A DNA stretch of 64,000 nt from Candidatus Uhrbacteria bacterium (lineage in GTDB: Bacteria > Patescibacteriota > Patescibacteriia > UBA9934 > GWF2-40-263): NCBI GenBank assembly GCA_013204385.1, contig JABMNY010000031.1:1168-65167 (forward strand), read 5' to 3'. Each line of letters opens with the position of its first letter. The first letter of the stretch is position 1. Shown in pieces: positions 18,545-28,311 of this stretch. Position numbers and translations under genes: made by a program. Under the pieces are notes generated by a model that saw only the letters and a list, made by a program, of their open reading frames with translations, searched no databases and was not told where the DNA came from.

Positions 18545-18985
18545 ATGTTGGAGCTGAACGTGCAGATTCTGTCCCCCCTCGCTGGCTTGGCCTCTGCCAC
18601 TGCCACCACCTCCTCACAGGCCTCCCCGGCCAATCTCGAACATCTCCCCCGTCTGCAGACCGCGGCTGATACGCGGTTCATCCAGGAGGACAGCCCTACC
18701 TGGAACACGACCCTTCTGGGCAGGCTCGTGGTCCTGGAGATCTACCCGATCGAATGGAACGATCCTGAAACCGAAGAACGCCTCGAGACGAACGTCGCAC
18801 AAATGCGCCACTGGCAGAAGTACGAGCTCGATGGCGTCGACATGGTCACCCTCGGTCGTGCCGCTCAGACCCTCGAGCGTAACAGCATCAACTGGCGCCA
18901 GGCCCGCGATCACGCACAGGTCCTCACCTGGGCCAACATGGTTGCTCCCGACAGCTCCACCCAGGTCAAGGAAGAAGTCCACTAG
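18545..18985 (+). CDS. high-GC hypothetical protein
   Basis: 146-aa ORF in a GC-rich islet; an antisense ORF of similar length exists, so coding-strand assignment is uncertain. Confidence 0.3.
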   Translation: MLELNVQILSPLAGLASATATTSSQASPANLEHLPRLQTAADTRFIQEDSPTWNTTLLGRLVVLEIYPIEWNDPETEERLETNVAQMRHWQKYELDGVDMVTLGRAAQTLERNSINWRQARDHAQVLTWANMVAPDSSTQVKEEVH

Positions 18986-19028
18986 TACCAGCTCTCCACA
19001 TCACAAACTTCAAACTGGTCTTGAACCA

Positions 19029-19049
19029 GAAAAACCAGCGTTCGCTGGT
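19029..19049 (-). terminator. pyk terminator (ccagcgttcgctgg hairpin with a T-run on the minus strand)
   Basis: Read directly. Confidence 0.45.
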
Positions 19050-19055
19050 CTCTCC

Positions 19056-19085
19056 CCCGCCTGAGTACGCTCGGCGGGTTTTATA
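19056..19085 (+). terminator. terminator for the 18545 gene (cccgcc-tgagtacgctc-ggcggg tttt)
   Basis: Read directly. Confidence 0.55.
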
Positions 19086-20484
19086 TTACATCTACAAGGT
19101 CAAACCCTTCTCCATGCTGTTCTCCCAAGACCACAGCAAGACGTGTTCCTTTTTTTACAAGACGTTCTTTCTTCAATTTTGCAAGTGCGGTGCGAACAAA
19201 TGTTCGCTCATTCTGCACCTTCATCACAAACGGCTCTGCTCCCCACCGAATAGACAATTGACGTGCCTGTCGATCTGAACCCACAGCAATGAACAATGGA
19301 AGTTCTGGGCGAGATTTTAAAATTGTTTCAGACCAAGGAGCAAGCTGATGTGCCACAAGGACTCCGCCAATGGATCCACGAAGAGCTAAGAGTTTCACCG
19401 CCAAAGAGGATGCGCTGACAAGGTCATGATCATGATCGAGCGTGAGTCGTACATCATCATACTTTGAAGCCTCTGCTTCCATGGCAATCTTTGTCATGAT
19501 CTTCACGGCCTGCAGCGGATACTTTCCACTTGCGGATTCTCCCGAGAGCATGACAGCGTCCGTGTGATCGAATACCGCGTTTGCGACATCCGAGACCTCT
19601 GCGCGTGTTGGTCGAGGATTACGAATCATTGAGTCAAGCATCTGAGTTGCAACCACCACAGGCTTTCCTGCTTGCCGACACAGTTCAATCAACTCCTTTT
19701 GTCGGACAGGAACCTCCTCGGCATTGATCTCAACCCCCAAATCACCACGCGCGATCATTACCGCATCGGTCACCGCAAGAATTTCATCAAACGCTTCTAT
19801 CGCCTCATGCTTTTCAATTTTCACAATAATACGAGCCGGAACCATTCCTTTTGGAGTATGCTTCTTAATCAGACGTTTCATTGTAAGAATTGGAGCGGGT
19901 CCCGTCACAAACGAAAGGGCAATCCACTCGACTCCTTCTTCTATCCCAAAAATGGCGTCCGCTGTATCTTTTGCTGTGATCGCAGAAACTTGAAGGTTTG
20001 AATCTGGAAAGTTCATTCCTTTGTGCGAAGAGACGATTCCTCCGTTTACCACTTTCGCTTGAATCACTCTTCCTGTAATCCCTGTGATCTTTAGTTCTAA
20101 AATACCATCATCAATAAGCATCCGGTCTCCCTTTTGAACATCTTTATGCAAGTTTTTATAGGTCACGGGTAAAATCCCAGGCTTATAGGTATCGGTTGCT
20201 GTTGTGAAGCACATCACCTCTCCTTGAGAAAGACGCACTCCTGCTTCGGGAAGCTCCCCTAATCGGATCTTAGGTCCTTGTAAATCTCCGATGATCGCAA
20301 CATGTTTCCCAGCTTTTTTTGACGCCGTACGAACAGACCGAATAAGTCGTTTGTGGTCAGCATGAGTTGCATGTGAAAAATTAAGACGAGCAACATCCAT
20401 TCCTGCTCGCATCATTTTTTCGAGCAGAACAGAACTTGAACTTGATGGACCTACTGTACAGACTATTTTCGTTCTCTTTTTCAT
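19081..20484 (-). CDS. pyk: pyruvate kinase
   Basis: MKKRTKIVCTVGPSS... through the C-terminal allosteric domain; start moved to the ATG at 20484 (the track's 20508 is a TTG extension). Confidence 0.9.
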   Translation of the reverse strand: MKKRTKIVCTVGPSSSSSVLLEKMMRAGMDVARLNFSHATHADHKRLIRSVRTASKKAGKHVAIIGDLQGPKIRLGELPEAGVRLSQGEVMCFTTATDTYKPGILPVTYKNLHKDVQKGDRMLIDDGILELKITGITGRVIQAKVVNGGIVSSHKGMNFPDSNLQVSAITAKDTADAIFGIEEGVEWIALSFVTGPAPILTMKRLIKKHTPKGMVPARIIVKIEKHEAIEAFDEILAVTDAVMIARGDLGVEINAEEVPVRQKELIELCRQAGKPVVVATQMLDSMIRNPRPTRAEVSDVANAVFDHTDAVMLSGESASGKYPLQAVKIMTKIAMEAEASKYDDVRLTLDHDHDLVSASSLAVKLLALRGSIGGVLVAHQLAPWSETILKSRPELPLFIAVGSDRQARQLSIRWGAEPFVMKVQNERTFVRTALAKLKKERLVKKGTRLAVVLGEQHGEGFDLVDVI

Positions 20485-20488
20485 AGGA

Positions 20489-21712
20489 CTAATCGCCGTA
20501 CTCGGCAAGGGTTACTTCAACATCGATTTTTTGATCCAGACGAAGAACTGTAAGACGAATGACTTCTCCAGGTCGATAGACAGAAATCAGTTCTGCAAGT
20601 GCGTGATCTTCTGAAAGAGGTAGTTCATTCACCGCAATAATAATATCATCCTCCTGAATTCCAGCGAGATCAGCTGGGGATCCTGAGAACACCCCAACTT
20701 CCCCTGGTTGATCTCCTGCCACGACAAGGGCACCAACTTCATACTCCTCTACTGAATTTTCATCCTGTGAAGGAGTAACGAGAACGTATCGCACCCCAAG
20801 CCACGGACGCACAATCCGTCCATAAAGTTGCACATCCTCTACCGCCCGTTTTGCCTCGTTAATCGGAATAGCGAATGCGACAGACTCTCCTTGAAAACTG
20901 ACGGCTGTATTAATTCCAATCACCTCTCCCAACAAATTGATCAATGGTCCTCCAGAGTTTCCAGGATTAATGGCTGCATCTGTCTGAATAGCCTGCTCAA
21001 TGACTTCCGCATCATAGGAGTCTCCTGCTGTGACGCGTCGATTGATTCCAGAAACGACTCCTTTTGTAACGGTATTACGAAACTCAGAAAGAGTGTTTCC
21101 AATCGCAATCACTGTTTGTCCAATGCGAATTGTGTCTGAGTCACTCAGTGTCACGATCGGAAAGTCTTCTCCCTCCACACGCAAAACAGCAATATCGCGG
21201 AGCGGATCAATATCAATCAATTCTGCTGGAAGTTCTTCTCCATCATTTGTCACGACAAAGAATGTCACCCCCTCCTCATCAACCACATGTCGATTTGTCA
21301 GCAGATACCCATCCTTCGTGACAAAAAACCCTGTTCCACTACTCACCTCAACGAGCTCATTCCTATTAGCTTCGGTGGAGGGTTCTGTGAAGTAAAATTG
21401 ATTTCCTAAAAAATAAGAGGACTCACTCTCAAGAACTCCTCGTTCTTTTTTTACAACGATACTTACAACCGCAGGAGTGACACGCTCAACAACAGCAATA
21501 CTCGCACTTTCATCTTCAATTAATTCAACTATTCTTGATTCAACGGCTGCGGGACTCATGGACGTAGAAGCATCTCCAAATAAATGCAAAGACCCAAATT
21601 GAGACGTGAGAAGAAGTGTGGTCGTCGCACCCGCAAGAGATCCAACGATCGAGGAGACCGCTACAATAATCACAATGAACGTTTGTGAGAAAGAAGGAGT
21701 TGTTTCATTCAT
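20489..21712 (-). CDS. htrA: HtrA/DegP-family serine protease with a PDZ domain
   Basis: Motifs TNRHVV (His), DIAVL (Asp), GNSGGPLIN (Ser) and a C-terminal PDZ; start taken at MNETT (ATG). Confidence 0.85.
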   Translation of the reverse strand: MNETTPSFSQTFIVIIVAVSSIVGSLAGATTTLLLTSQFGSLHLFGDASTSMSPAAVESRIVELIEDESASIAVVERVTPAVVSIVVKKERGVLESESSYFLGNQFYFTEPSTEANRNELVEVSSGTGFFVTKDGYLLTNRHVVDEEGVTFFVVTNDGEELPAELIDIDPLRDIAVLRVEGEDFPIVTLSDSDTIRIGQTVIAIGNTLSEFRNTVTKGVVSGINRRVTAGDSYDAEVIEQAIQTDAAINPGNSGGPLINLLGEVIGINTAVSFQGESVAFAIPINEAKRAVEDVQLYGRIVRPWLGVRYVLVTPSQDENSVEEYEVGALVVAGDQPGEVGVFSGSPADLAGIQEDDIIIAVNELPLSEDHALAELISVYRPGEVIRLTVLRLDQKIDVEVTLAEYGD

Positions 21713-21716
21713 AAGA

Positions 21717-22202
21717 TTATTTTTTTGCGCGCACACTCTTGAGAGGCATCTTACGACGTTTAAGTTTTTTTAACTCTGACTCAAATGTTTCTACATCCTC
21801 GAAAGACCGATACACAGAAGCAAAACGAATATACGCCACTTTATCAAACGTCTTGAGATGCTTCATTAAAATCTCTCCAAGCTCTTGCGTTGTCAGTTGA
21901 CCGCGTCGCTTTTTTTGTACATCCCGCTCAATCTTGTGAACAAGTTTCTGAAACGCTTGATCGGTAAACGGCCGTTTCTCAAGAGATCTTGCAAGCCCCT
22001 TCGTCATCTTCTCTCGTGAGTAGGCTTCTCGGCGACCATCTCGCTTTACAACAGTGAGATCTAATAACTCGACCTCCTCCAATGTAGAAAACCGGAACCC
22101 ACATTTCTCACATTCTCGTCGACGTCGAACACTCGCCCCATCTGTTGAAATGCGGGAATCAATCACTTTTGTGTCTTTATGATTACAAACGGCACAATAC
22201 AT
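21717..22202 (-). CDS. nrdR: transcriptional repressor NrdR
   Basis: MYCAVCNHKDTKVIDSR...CEKCGFRFST zinc ribbon plus an ATP-cone. Confidence 0.9.
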   Translation of the reverse strand: MYCAVCNHKDTKVIDSRISTDGASVRRRRECEKCGFRFSTLEEVELLDLTVVKRDGRREAYSREKMTKGLARSLEKRPFTDQAFQKLVHKIERDVQKKRRGQLTTQELGEILMKHLKTFDKVAYIRFASVYRSFEDVETFESELKKLKRRKMPLKSVRAKK

Positions 22203-22286
22203 ATACTCTATCGTCTAATTCGATAAATCGTTGCTTCTAGTATATCAAAAAATGGCCGATCATGGACCATTTTTTGGACAGACTCC

Positions 22287-23504
22287 TTACATCATCTTTT
22301 TGCGGATAAAGGCTGGAATCTCAATTTCATCTTCTTCTTTTTGTTGCTGAGGGACTTGATGCGAAATAACCGGTCTTGGCGCTTCAACCCTTGGAGGGGC
22401 AGGACGCTCTGGAATCGGTGCCTGGAAGTTTACGCGTGGCTTCTGTTGCGCAGGTTCATCTTCCCGCACACGCAAGAAATTATTTGCAGGGGGCGCCCAT
22501 GTTCCTTGTGCCTGGACTTCAACCGTTCCTGGGGCTTTTGTCCGACGCTCACGGGAGTCAAATCCCGTTGCCACAACCGTAATGCGAACCTCATCTCCCA
22601 TACTGTCGTCAATCGTGGCTCCAAAGATGACGCGCGCGTCTTCATCCGCTGAACTGGTAATAACTTTTGCGGCTTCCGCTACCTCATGCATTCCAAGATC
22701 CGATCCACCTGTAATGGTAAAGAGGATGCCTTTTGCCCCATCAATCGACAGTTCAAGAAGTGGGCTGGCAATCGCTTGCTTTGCAGATTCCACCGCACGG
22801 TTTTCACCACTTGCTCGACCGATTCCCATAAGGGCTGAACCCGAGCTTTCCATAATCGCTTTCACGTCGGCATAGTCGACGTTAATAAGCCCTGGAACGG
22901 TAATAAGCTCCGCAATCCCCTGCACACCTTGTCGAAGCACATCATCTACCACATTAAACGCATCCATGAGCGACGTCTTCTTATCAATGATTTGAAGTAC
23001 GCGATCGTTTGGAATCGTGATGATCGCATCAACATGTTGCAATAGTCGTTCGAACCCATCGTCTGCAATCCGACGTCGTTGAGCGCCCTCAAAGGTAAAT
23101 GGCTTTGTGACAACTGCCACTGTGAGTGCTCCAATATCTTTTGCAAGTTTTGCGACTTCTGGAATAGCTCCAGTTCCAGTTCCTCCTCCAAGCCCACAGG
23201 TCAAAAAGACCATATCTGCTCCTGAGAGTGCTTCACGAATCTCATTTTGATTTTCTTCTGCTGCACGAGACCCAATATCAGGATTCATCCCAGCTCCCAG
23301 TCCACGTGTGAGTGTTTTTCCAATTGGAATTTTTCGAGGAGCGAGGTTCTGATTCAATGCTTGTACATCCGTATTTACAACCATGAACTCCACCCCTTTG
23401 ATGTTGTCACTGATCATGCGATTTACGGCTGCACCACCGCCCCCACCAATACCAACAACTTTAATCTTGGCATAGGTTTCAATATCTGGTTTTACTTGGG
23501 CCAT
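22287..23504 (-). CDS. ftsZ: cell division protein FtsZ
   Basis: [17 protein letters not shown] and the GGGTGTG tubulin signature. Confidence 0.95.
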   Translation of the reverse strand: MAQVKPDIETYAKIKVVGIGGGGGAAVNRMISDNIKGVEFMVVNTDVQALNQNLAPRKIPIGKTLTRGLGAGMNPDIGSRAAEENQNEIREALSGADMVFLTCGLGGGTGTGAIPEVAKLAKDIGALTVAVVTKPFTFEGAQRRRIADDGFERLLQHVDAIITIPNDRVLQIIDKKTSLMDAFNVVDDVLRQGVQGIAELITVPGLINVDYADVKAIMESSGSALMGIGRASGENRAVESAKQAIASPLLELSIDGAKGILFTITGGSDLGMHEVAEAAKVITSSADEDARVIFGATIDDSMGDEVRITVVATGFDSRERRTKAPGTVEVQAQGTWAPPANNFLRVREDEPAQQKPRVNFQAPIPERPAPPRVEAPRPVISHQVPQQQKEEDEIEIPAFIRKKMM

Positions 23505-23620
23505 AAAGAGTGTTTGAACAAATTAGATCTTCACGAATAAGAGCCTCCTAGAGAGAAAGAACTTGCTTGAACAAATCATGTGCTCAAAAATCGCTACACT
23601 GAGCACTAAAATCACTCAAC

Positions 23621-23648
23621 ACTTTAACATCGACACTTCACCTGTCAA
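23621..23648 (-). promoter_or_regulatory. candidate ftsZ promoter (minus strand: TTGACA - 16 nt - TAAAGT with a TGn extension)
   Basis: Read from the reverse complement; lies between the ftsA terminator and ftsZ. Confidence 0.3.
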
Positions 23649-23650
23649 GA

Positions 23651-23686
23651 AAATAAAAAAAGAAGATGTGTATATCTTCTTTTTTC
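23651..23686 (-). terminator. ftsA terminator (agaagat-gtgtat-atcttct with A and T runs)
   Basis: Read directly. Confidence 0.55.
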
Positions 23687-23694
23687 TCTCTTGA

Positions 23695-24954
23695 CTATGG
23701 TTTGAGTGATTTGAATATTTTTTTGAATCCTGAGGTGATCTTATCCATATCTCCAAAGTGTGACATGAGGTTTCCAAACCCACCTTTTCCTCCTGTGCCA
23801 CGTATATGATGTCCCCATAGGACAAGCCCCATTGCCGTACTCATTGCTGGATCGTTTACTCGGTCAATCACACTCGTCACTCCAATCGGAGTCCCAAGCG
23901 ATACAGGAAGTCTAAACGCTGATTTTGCCGCTTCAAGAATTCCACTTAATTTTGCTCCCCCTCCTGTTAGAATAACTCCGGCAGGAAGCATTCCAGAACG
24001 ATCGATCTTTTTGAGTTCTCGATCGACGTGTTCAAAGATCTCCTGAACACGTGCCTCTGTAATATCTGCAACAAACCGTCTTCCGACAAACTCCTCTTCA
24101 GGCGCTCCTAATTCTCCTAAATTTATTTCGTCTTTCTTATTAACCTCATCAGGTAAACAAGTCGCATAATGCAACTTTACTTGCTCAGCAACATCTATAG
24201 AGGTTCTCAGTCCAATGGCGATATCTGAGGTCACGTGATCTGACCCAATAGGGAGAACAGCAGTATGCAACACATCTCCTTCCTCATACACCACTAAACT
24301 TGTGGTAGATGCTCCGATATTCACGACACAAACCCCCAGCTCCTTTTGTCGATCAGAAACCACTGCTTCTGCCGTTGCAAGAATTGAAAACACCAAATCC
24401 TCAATATCAAGCCCAGTACGATATACGGCCTTCGTGAGGTTTTTAATTTGGGACCCAAGCCCTTGAATAATGATTGCATCGACTTCTAATCGGATTCCAT
24501 TCATTCCAACAGGATCCTTTACTCCACGTTGACCATCAACCGTAAAACTTTTTGGAATGACATGAATAATTTCATAGTTTGTCGGTGTTGCCACAGTACG
24601 CGCAGCTTCAATTGAACGTTCAACATCCTCATCGCGAATCTCCCCATCGCTTCTTCCAACACCAATAACTCCACGAGATTCTTGAGAGATAATGTGGTTT
24701 CCATTAATCCCTACCCATGCTTTGCTCAATGGAACACCTGTAATACGCTCTGCTTGTTCAAGTGCTCTTGAAACTGACGACACGGCGTCTTCAAGGTTTG
24801 TGATGGTTCCTTTGCTTACCCCAGACGAAGGTACCTCAACAGCTCCAATAATATGGATCTGTTCTCCTCCTTCTGGTGAAGGCACAAGCTTTCCGACCGC
24901 AACACGGATCGCATAGGTGCCAACATCAAGCCCTGTAAATATCTCATCAGACAT
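23695..24954 (-). CDS. ftsA: cell division protein FtsA
   Basis: Actin-fold ATPase; N-terminus FTGLDVGTYAIRVAVG; immediately upstream of ftsZ. Confidence 0.9.
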   Translation of the reverse strand: MSDEIFTGLDVGTYAIRVAVGKLVPSPEGGEQIHIIGAVEVPSSGVSKGTITNLEDAVSSVSRALEQAERITGVPLSKAWVGINGNHIISQESRGVIGVGRSDGEIRDEDVERSIEAARTVATPTNYEIIHVIPKSFTVDGQRGVKDPVGMNGIRLEVDAIIIQGLGSQIKNLTKAVYRTGLDIEDLVFSILATAEAVVSDRQKELGVCVVNIGASTTSLVVYEEGDVLHTAVLPIGSDHVTSDIAIGLRTSIDVAEQVKLHYATCLPDEVNKKDEINLGELGAPEEEFVGRRFVADITEARVQEIFEHVDRELKKIDRSGMLPAGVILTGGGAKLSGILEAAKSAFRLPVSLGTPIGVTSVIDRVNDPAMSTAMGLVLWGHHIRGTGGKGGFGNLMSHFGDMDKITSGFKKIFKSLKP

Positions 24955-24973
24955 AACTTCTATCAGTATATCG

Positions 24974-25351
24974 TTAACCCACCGAGCTCACAAGCTCCTG
25001 CAGATAAGGATAGAAGATAACTATCCCCACAATCGCTGCAACAATTGAGGCAATGAGAACGGCCCCTGCCATAATATCTTTAATATCCTTAACGATTGGG
25101 TGAATTCTTGGCTTGAACGCATCGACAATCCGCTCAAAAATGCTGTTGATGAGCTCTAGAACAAGCACAGAGCCAATCAAGAGGATAAGAACGATCCATT
25201 GATATGCCTGAACTTGTACAAAGGCTCCTAGGAGAAGAACAGCAATACTGGCAAGTAGTTGAATACGGAAACTTTGCTCAGAGACAAACACGACACGAAT
25301 CCCCCCTATCGCATGCCTCATACTTTTCAAAAATCGTCCAAAATGAATCAT
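24974..25351 (-). CDS. dgkA: diacylglycerol kinase / undecaprenol kinase (DgkA family)
   Basis: 125 aa, three TM segments, FKSMRHAIGGIRVVF N-terminus. Confidence 0.8.
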   Translation of the reverse strand: MIHFGRFLKSMRHAIGGIRVVFVSEQSFRIQLLASIAVLLLGAFVQVQAYQWIVLILLIGSVLVLELINSIFERIVDAFKPRIHPIVKDIKDIMAGAVLIASIVAAIVGIVIFYPYLQELVSSVG

Positions 25352-25785
25352 AATCGACTATCAATATCTAAGGCGGTTAATATCTGCTCCTGAAGGAAAA
25401 ACATCTTTTGGGCGTCGGTCTTTTTTTCATGATCGTGCCCATACAAATGAAGCACTCCATGCACAATGAGAAAACAAATTTCATCTCGAACACGATGGTT
25501 CATTTCTTGTGCTTGCCGTTTTGCTTGAGCATAATTCAAGAGTACCTCCCCCTTCATCTGTGTCCCATCAAGCTGAAAAGAGAGGACGTCTGTTATGCGA
25601 TCTTTTCCTCTCCACTCACGATTTAGTCTCTTCATCTGCACTGAAGAGATAAATCCAATTGAGATAGACTCGCTCTTTCGAACGTTTAGTACACGAGAAC
25701 ACTCTTTAAGAACCTGTTGAAGCAATCTAAGAGGTACTCTCTGTCCTCCTCGCAAGAGAGACTGATTCAATTCAGCCACAATCAT
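25348..25785 (-). CDS. ybeY: rRNA maturation endoribonuclease YbeY
   Basis: HGVLHLYGHDHE metal-binding motif (HxxxHxxxxxH). Confidence 0.9.
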   Translation of the reverse strand: MIVAELNQSLLRGGQRVPLRLLQQVLKECSRVLNVRKSESISIGFISSVQMKRLNREWRGKDRITDVLSFQLDGTQMKGEVLLNYAQAKRQAQEMNHRVRDEICFLIVHGVLHLYGHDHEKKTDAQKMFFLQEQILTALDIDSRL

Positions 25786-26834
25786 AGTGCTTCTTCGCTT
25801 ACATCTATTTGCTCAGATACCTCTTCCACGCTCACAACTTGAACACTATTAATCATCATTTGAAATGTTTGAAGATAATCAACACGTGTCTTGATACCTG
25901 TATCGTATTCAAACACCATCACTTGGGAACCAAGATCAATATACGCACTTAATTGATCTTCACCTTGAATAAGATCGAGACCATTTTTTGTTGTTCCAAT
26001 AATAGAACGATCTAATGCCAGTTGGACATCTGCCCAGTCTGGTAAGGTTTGCGCTGGACTCTTTTTAATAAATGAAATACGAAATCCCTCTCCTGTCTGA
26101 GCATCTAACACAAGCTCTTCCTCTGTTTCATCTACATCCCAACCTTCTGGATAATAGAATTCATAGGTCACATCTGAAATCGTACTGCTCATTGCTTTGA
26201 CCAATCCTGATTCAAAAAGCGTCCCAAGCGCACCTGGGTTATAACGATGAAACACCTCATTCCCATCTAAAAATCCATCTGAGTCCGTATCTGGTAAACG
26301 TGGATCTGTCCCGTACACTAATTTTTCTTCTGTATCTGTTAACCCATCTGAATCAGAATCTGTTCCTGGAAGAACTTCCACTGGAAATACCTCTACGGCT
26401 TCTGTTGGTTTCTCTACAGGTTTTGTCGTTGACTCTTCTGGGTCCGTCGACGTCTCTGTTGTTGGTGCAGGTCGAGTTGTTGTTGTCACAACAGGAGTTT
26501 CAGAGACTTGTGGGTTCAAACGAATTAAAACGTAACCACCAATTCCTAAAGCCAATAACACCACCACACCGATCACCATGATTTTTTTTGTTGCGGATGA
26601 TTTCCGAAGAGTTGAAGCTGGAGCTTTTGGTGGCGCCTTTGGTGGAAGTGGAACCCCTGGAGTTTTTACTTCAACAGGAGGTTGTGAGCTTCTTTTGTCC
26701 TCAGGCTGGTGCATAACACCTTGCGCTCCATGACGATATCGTTCAGGCATCACAAACACACGAGCGTCCACGCCTGGCGAGGAACTCTGCGCAATAGGTG
26801 GCTGTTCAAGTGATTGTGTTGTTTCCTGAGACAT
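25782..26834 (-). CDS. bitopic membrane protein with thrombospondin-type-3-like (DxDxDG) Ca-binding repeats, paralog 3
   Basis: Pro-rich cytoplasmic N-terminus, TM (IMVIGVVVLLALGIGGYVLI), extracellular TDSDSDGLTDTEEKLVYGTDPRLPDTDSDGFLDGNEVFHRYNPG, then a C-terminal domain; the 4-nt overlap with ybeY implies cotranscription. Confidence 0.6.
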   Translation of the reverse strand: MSQETTQSLEQPPIAQSSSPGVDARVFVMPERYRHGAQGVMHQPEDKRSSQPPVEVKTPGVPLPPKAPPKAPASTLRKSSATKKIMVIGVVVLLALGIGGYVLIRLNPQVSETPVVTTTTRPAPTTETSTDPEESTTKPVEKPTEAVEVFPVEVLPGTDSDSDGLTDTEEKLVYGTDPRLPDTDSDGFLDGNEVFHRYNPGALGTLFESGLVKAMSSTISDVTYEFYYPEGWDVDETEEELVLDAQTGEGFRISFIKKSPAQTLPDWADVQLALDRSIIGTTKNGLDLIQGEDQLSAYIDLGSQVMVFEYDTGIKTRVDYLQTFQMMINSVQVVSVEEVSEQIDVSEEAL

Positions 26835-26845
26835 ACGAAAGCGGA

Positions 26846-27463
26846 TTAACTTGATTCAGAAGGGGCTTCGCGCAACAAACCATCTCCATTTGGATCATAT
26901 CCCCCCTTTACTTCAGCTCCATCTAAGTATCCATCTCCATCCGTATCAGGATTAAGCGGATCTGTTTCCCATGTATAGACTTCTTCACGATCAAAAAGCC
27001 CATCACCATCTGTATCAGCCGCACGGGAACTCGTTCCGAGCTCCTTTTCCTCTTCGTCTGTGAGACCATCCTTATCTGTATCTAACGCAACAGCAGGCTC
27101 TTCAGGAACTTCCTCAACAATATCTTCTTCTACCACCGTTGTTGAAGTATCCTCTTGCGTTTGCACAGCAGATGACGCAGGTGGCTCTGGTGTAAGGGTT
27201 GATTTTGATCCCAAAATCTTCATAGACAAGAAGAAGGAAGCGGTAACCGCTACAAGGATTCCAACAACAAGTACAATTATCTTCCAAGAAAATCCCCCTC
27301 CTCCAGAAGCACTTTGACTCATCATCTGCGCTGCTTTCATCGCAGGACCTGTTGTTGAAACAGGGGCTTGTTCAGGGAGATCTGTCGGAGCTGTAACTTG
27401 GGGAGCAACTTTATCCGTTTGCTCAAACATGTCTTCAGGGTCCTTTTTTACATCATCAAACAT
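26846..27463 (-). CDS. bitopic membrane protein with TSP3-like Ca-binding repeats, paralog 2
   Basis: TM (IIVLVVGILVAVTASFFL), then DTDKDGLTDEEEKELG...DTDGDGLFDREEV...TDPLNPDTDGDGYLDGAEVKGGYDPNGDGLL. Confidence 0.6.
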   Translation of the reverse strand: MFDDVKKDPEDMFEQTDKVAPQVTAPTDLPEQAPVSTTGPAMKAAQMMSQSASGGGGFSWKIIVLVVGILVAVTASFFLSMKILGSKSTLTPEPPASSAVQTQEDTSTTVVEEDIVEEVPEEPAVALDTDKDGLTDEEEKELGTSSRAADTDGDGLFDREEVYTWETDPLNPDTDGDGYLDGAEVKGGYDPNGDGLLREAPSESS

Positions 27464-27489
27464 AGATTCAATATTAGTTCGTCAATAGA

Positions 27490-28305
27490 TTATTCAAGAA
27501 GACCTGGACCGTTTGGATTATACCCCGAAGCAACTTCATCACCGTCAGAATAGCCATCTCCATCTGTATCTGGATTCAATGGATCCGTTCCGTACTGAGC
27601 CTCCTGTGCGGTCGTCAGACCATCCGCATCCTCATCGGCCTCCTCATTAACTGAAGAATCTTCTTCTGGAACAGCTTGATCTTGTTGAGAGAGAGCGCTT
27701 AACACTAATTCGAGACAGTTCCCTTGAGCTTGTTCATCTATCATTTGATCACAATAGGATCGATCAAGTGTTTCTAAAGCAAGTTGCTGTAAAGGATCTG
27801 TAACAGCATCATCGATAAATTGCATCTGACAACTTCTCTTACTTGAGGTGAGAGAAATTAAGTCGCAATAGGAATGATCTTGCTTGTTAACTGCCAAGAG
27901 TCCATACACATCATCTAAACAATCCCTCATCCATTCCTCATCAGCAATGACCTTACAGTACGTATCCTCTACAACTGTACGAGCTAATGCCCAATGACAA
28001 TTATCCTGTTCTGTTTGTGAATCAAGAAGTAGACAAAGTTCGGACGATGCATGTGAAACAGCAAGATCCAAGATCTTTCCATTCTGACACGATTCAACAT
28101 TTTCAACCCCCTCGCATGCGTTCGAGGCATTCGTTGTAAGCTGTGAGACAGTCTCTTCCATCAAGAAGAATGACTGCTGACGCCCGTAAAATACACGAAA
28201 TAAAACGAACACCAAGACGATGAGAACAAGAACAATCCCGACACCAATCGCAATAGGCTTCCAGGGAATACTCCGTTCTTGCTGGGGATAATCATTCAAA
28301 TCCAT
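27490..28305 (-). CDS. bitopic membrane protein with Cys-containing repeats and a C-terminal TSP3-like motif, paralog 1
   Basis: TM (IAIGVGIVLVLIVLVFVLF), about six periodic Cys motifs (SYCDxxxxxxC), C-terminus DEDADGLTTAQEAQYGTDPLNPDTDGDGYSDGDEVASGYNPNGPGLL. Confidence 0.6.
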   Translation of the reverse strand: MDLNDYPQQERSIPWKPIAIGVGIVLVLIVLVFVLFRVFYGRQQSFFLMEETVSQLTTNASNACEGVENVESCQNGKILDLAVSHASSELCLLLDSQTEQDNCHWALARTVVEDTYCKVIADEEWMRDCLDDVYGLLAVNKQDHSYCDLISLTSSKRSCQMQFIDDAVTDPLQQLALETLDRSYCDQMIDEQAQGNCLELVLSALSQQDQAVPEEDSSVNEEADEDADGLTTAQEAQYGTDPLNPDTDGDGYSDGDEVASGYNPNGPGLLE

Positions 28306-28311
28306 AACTCA

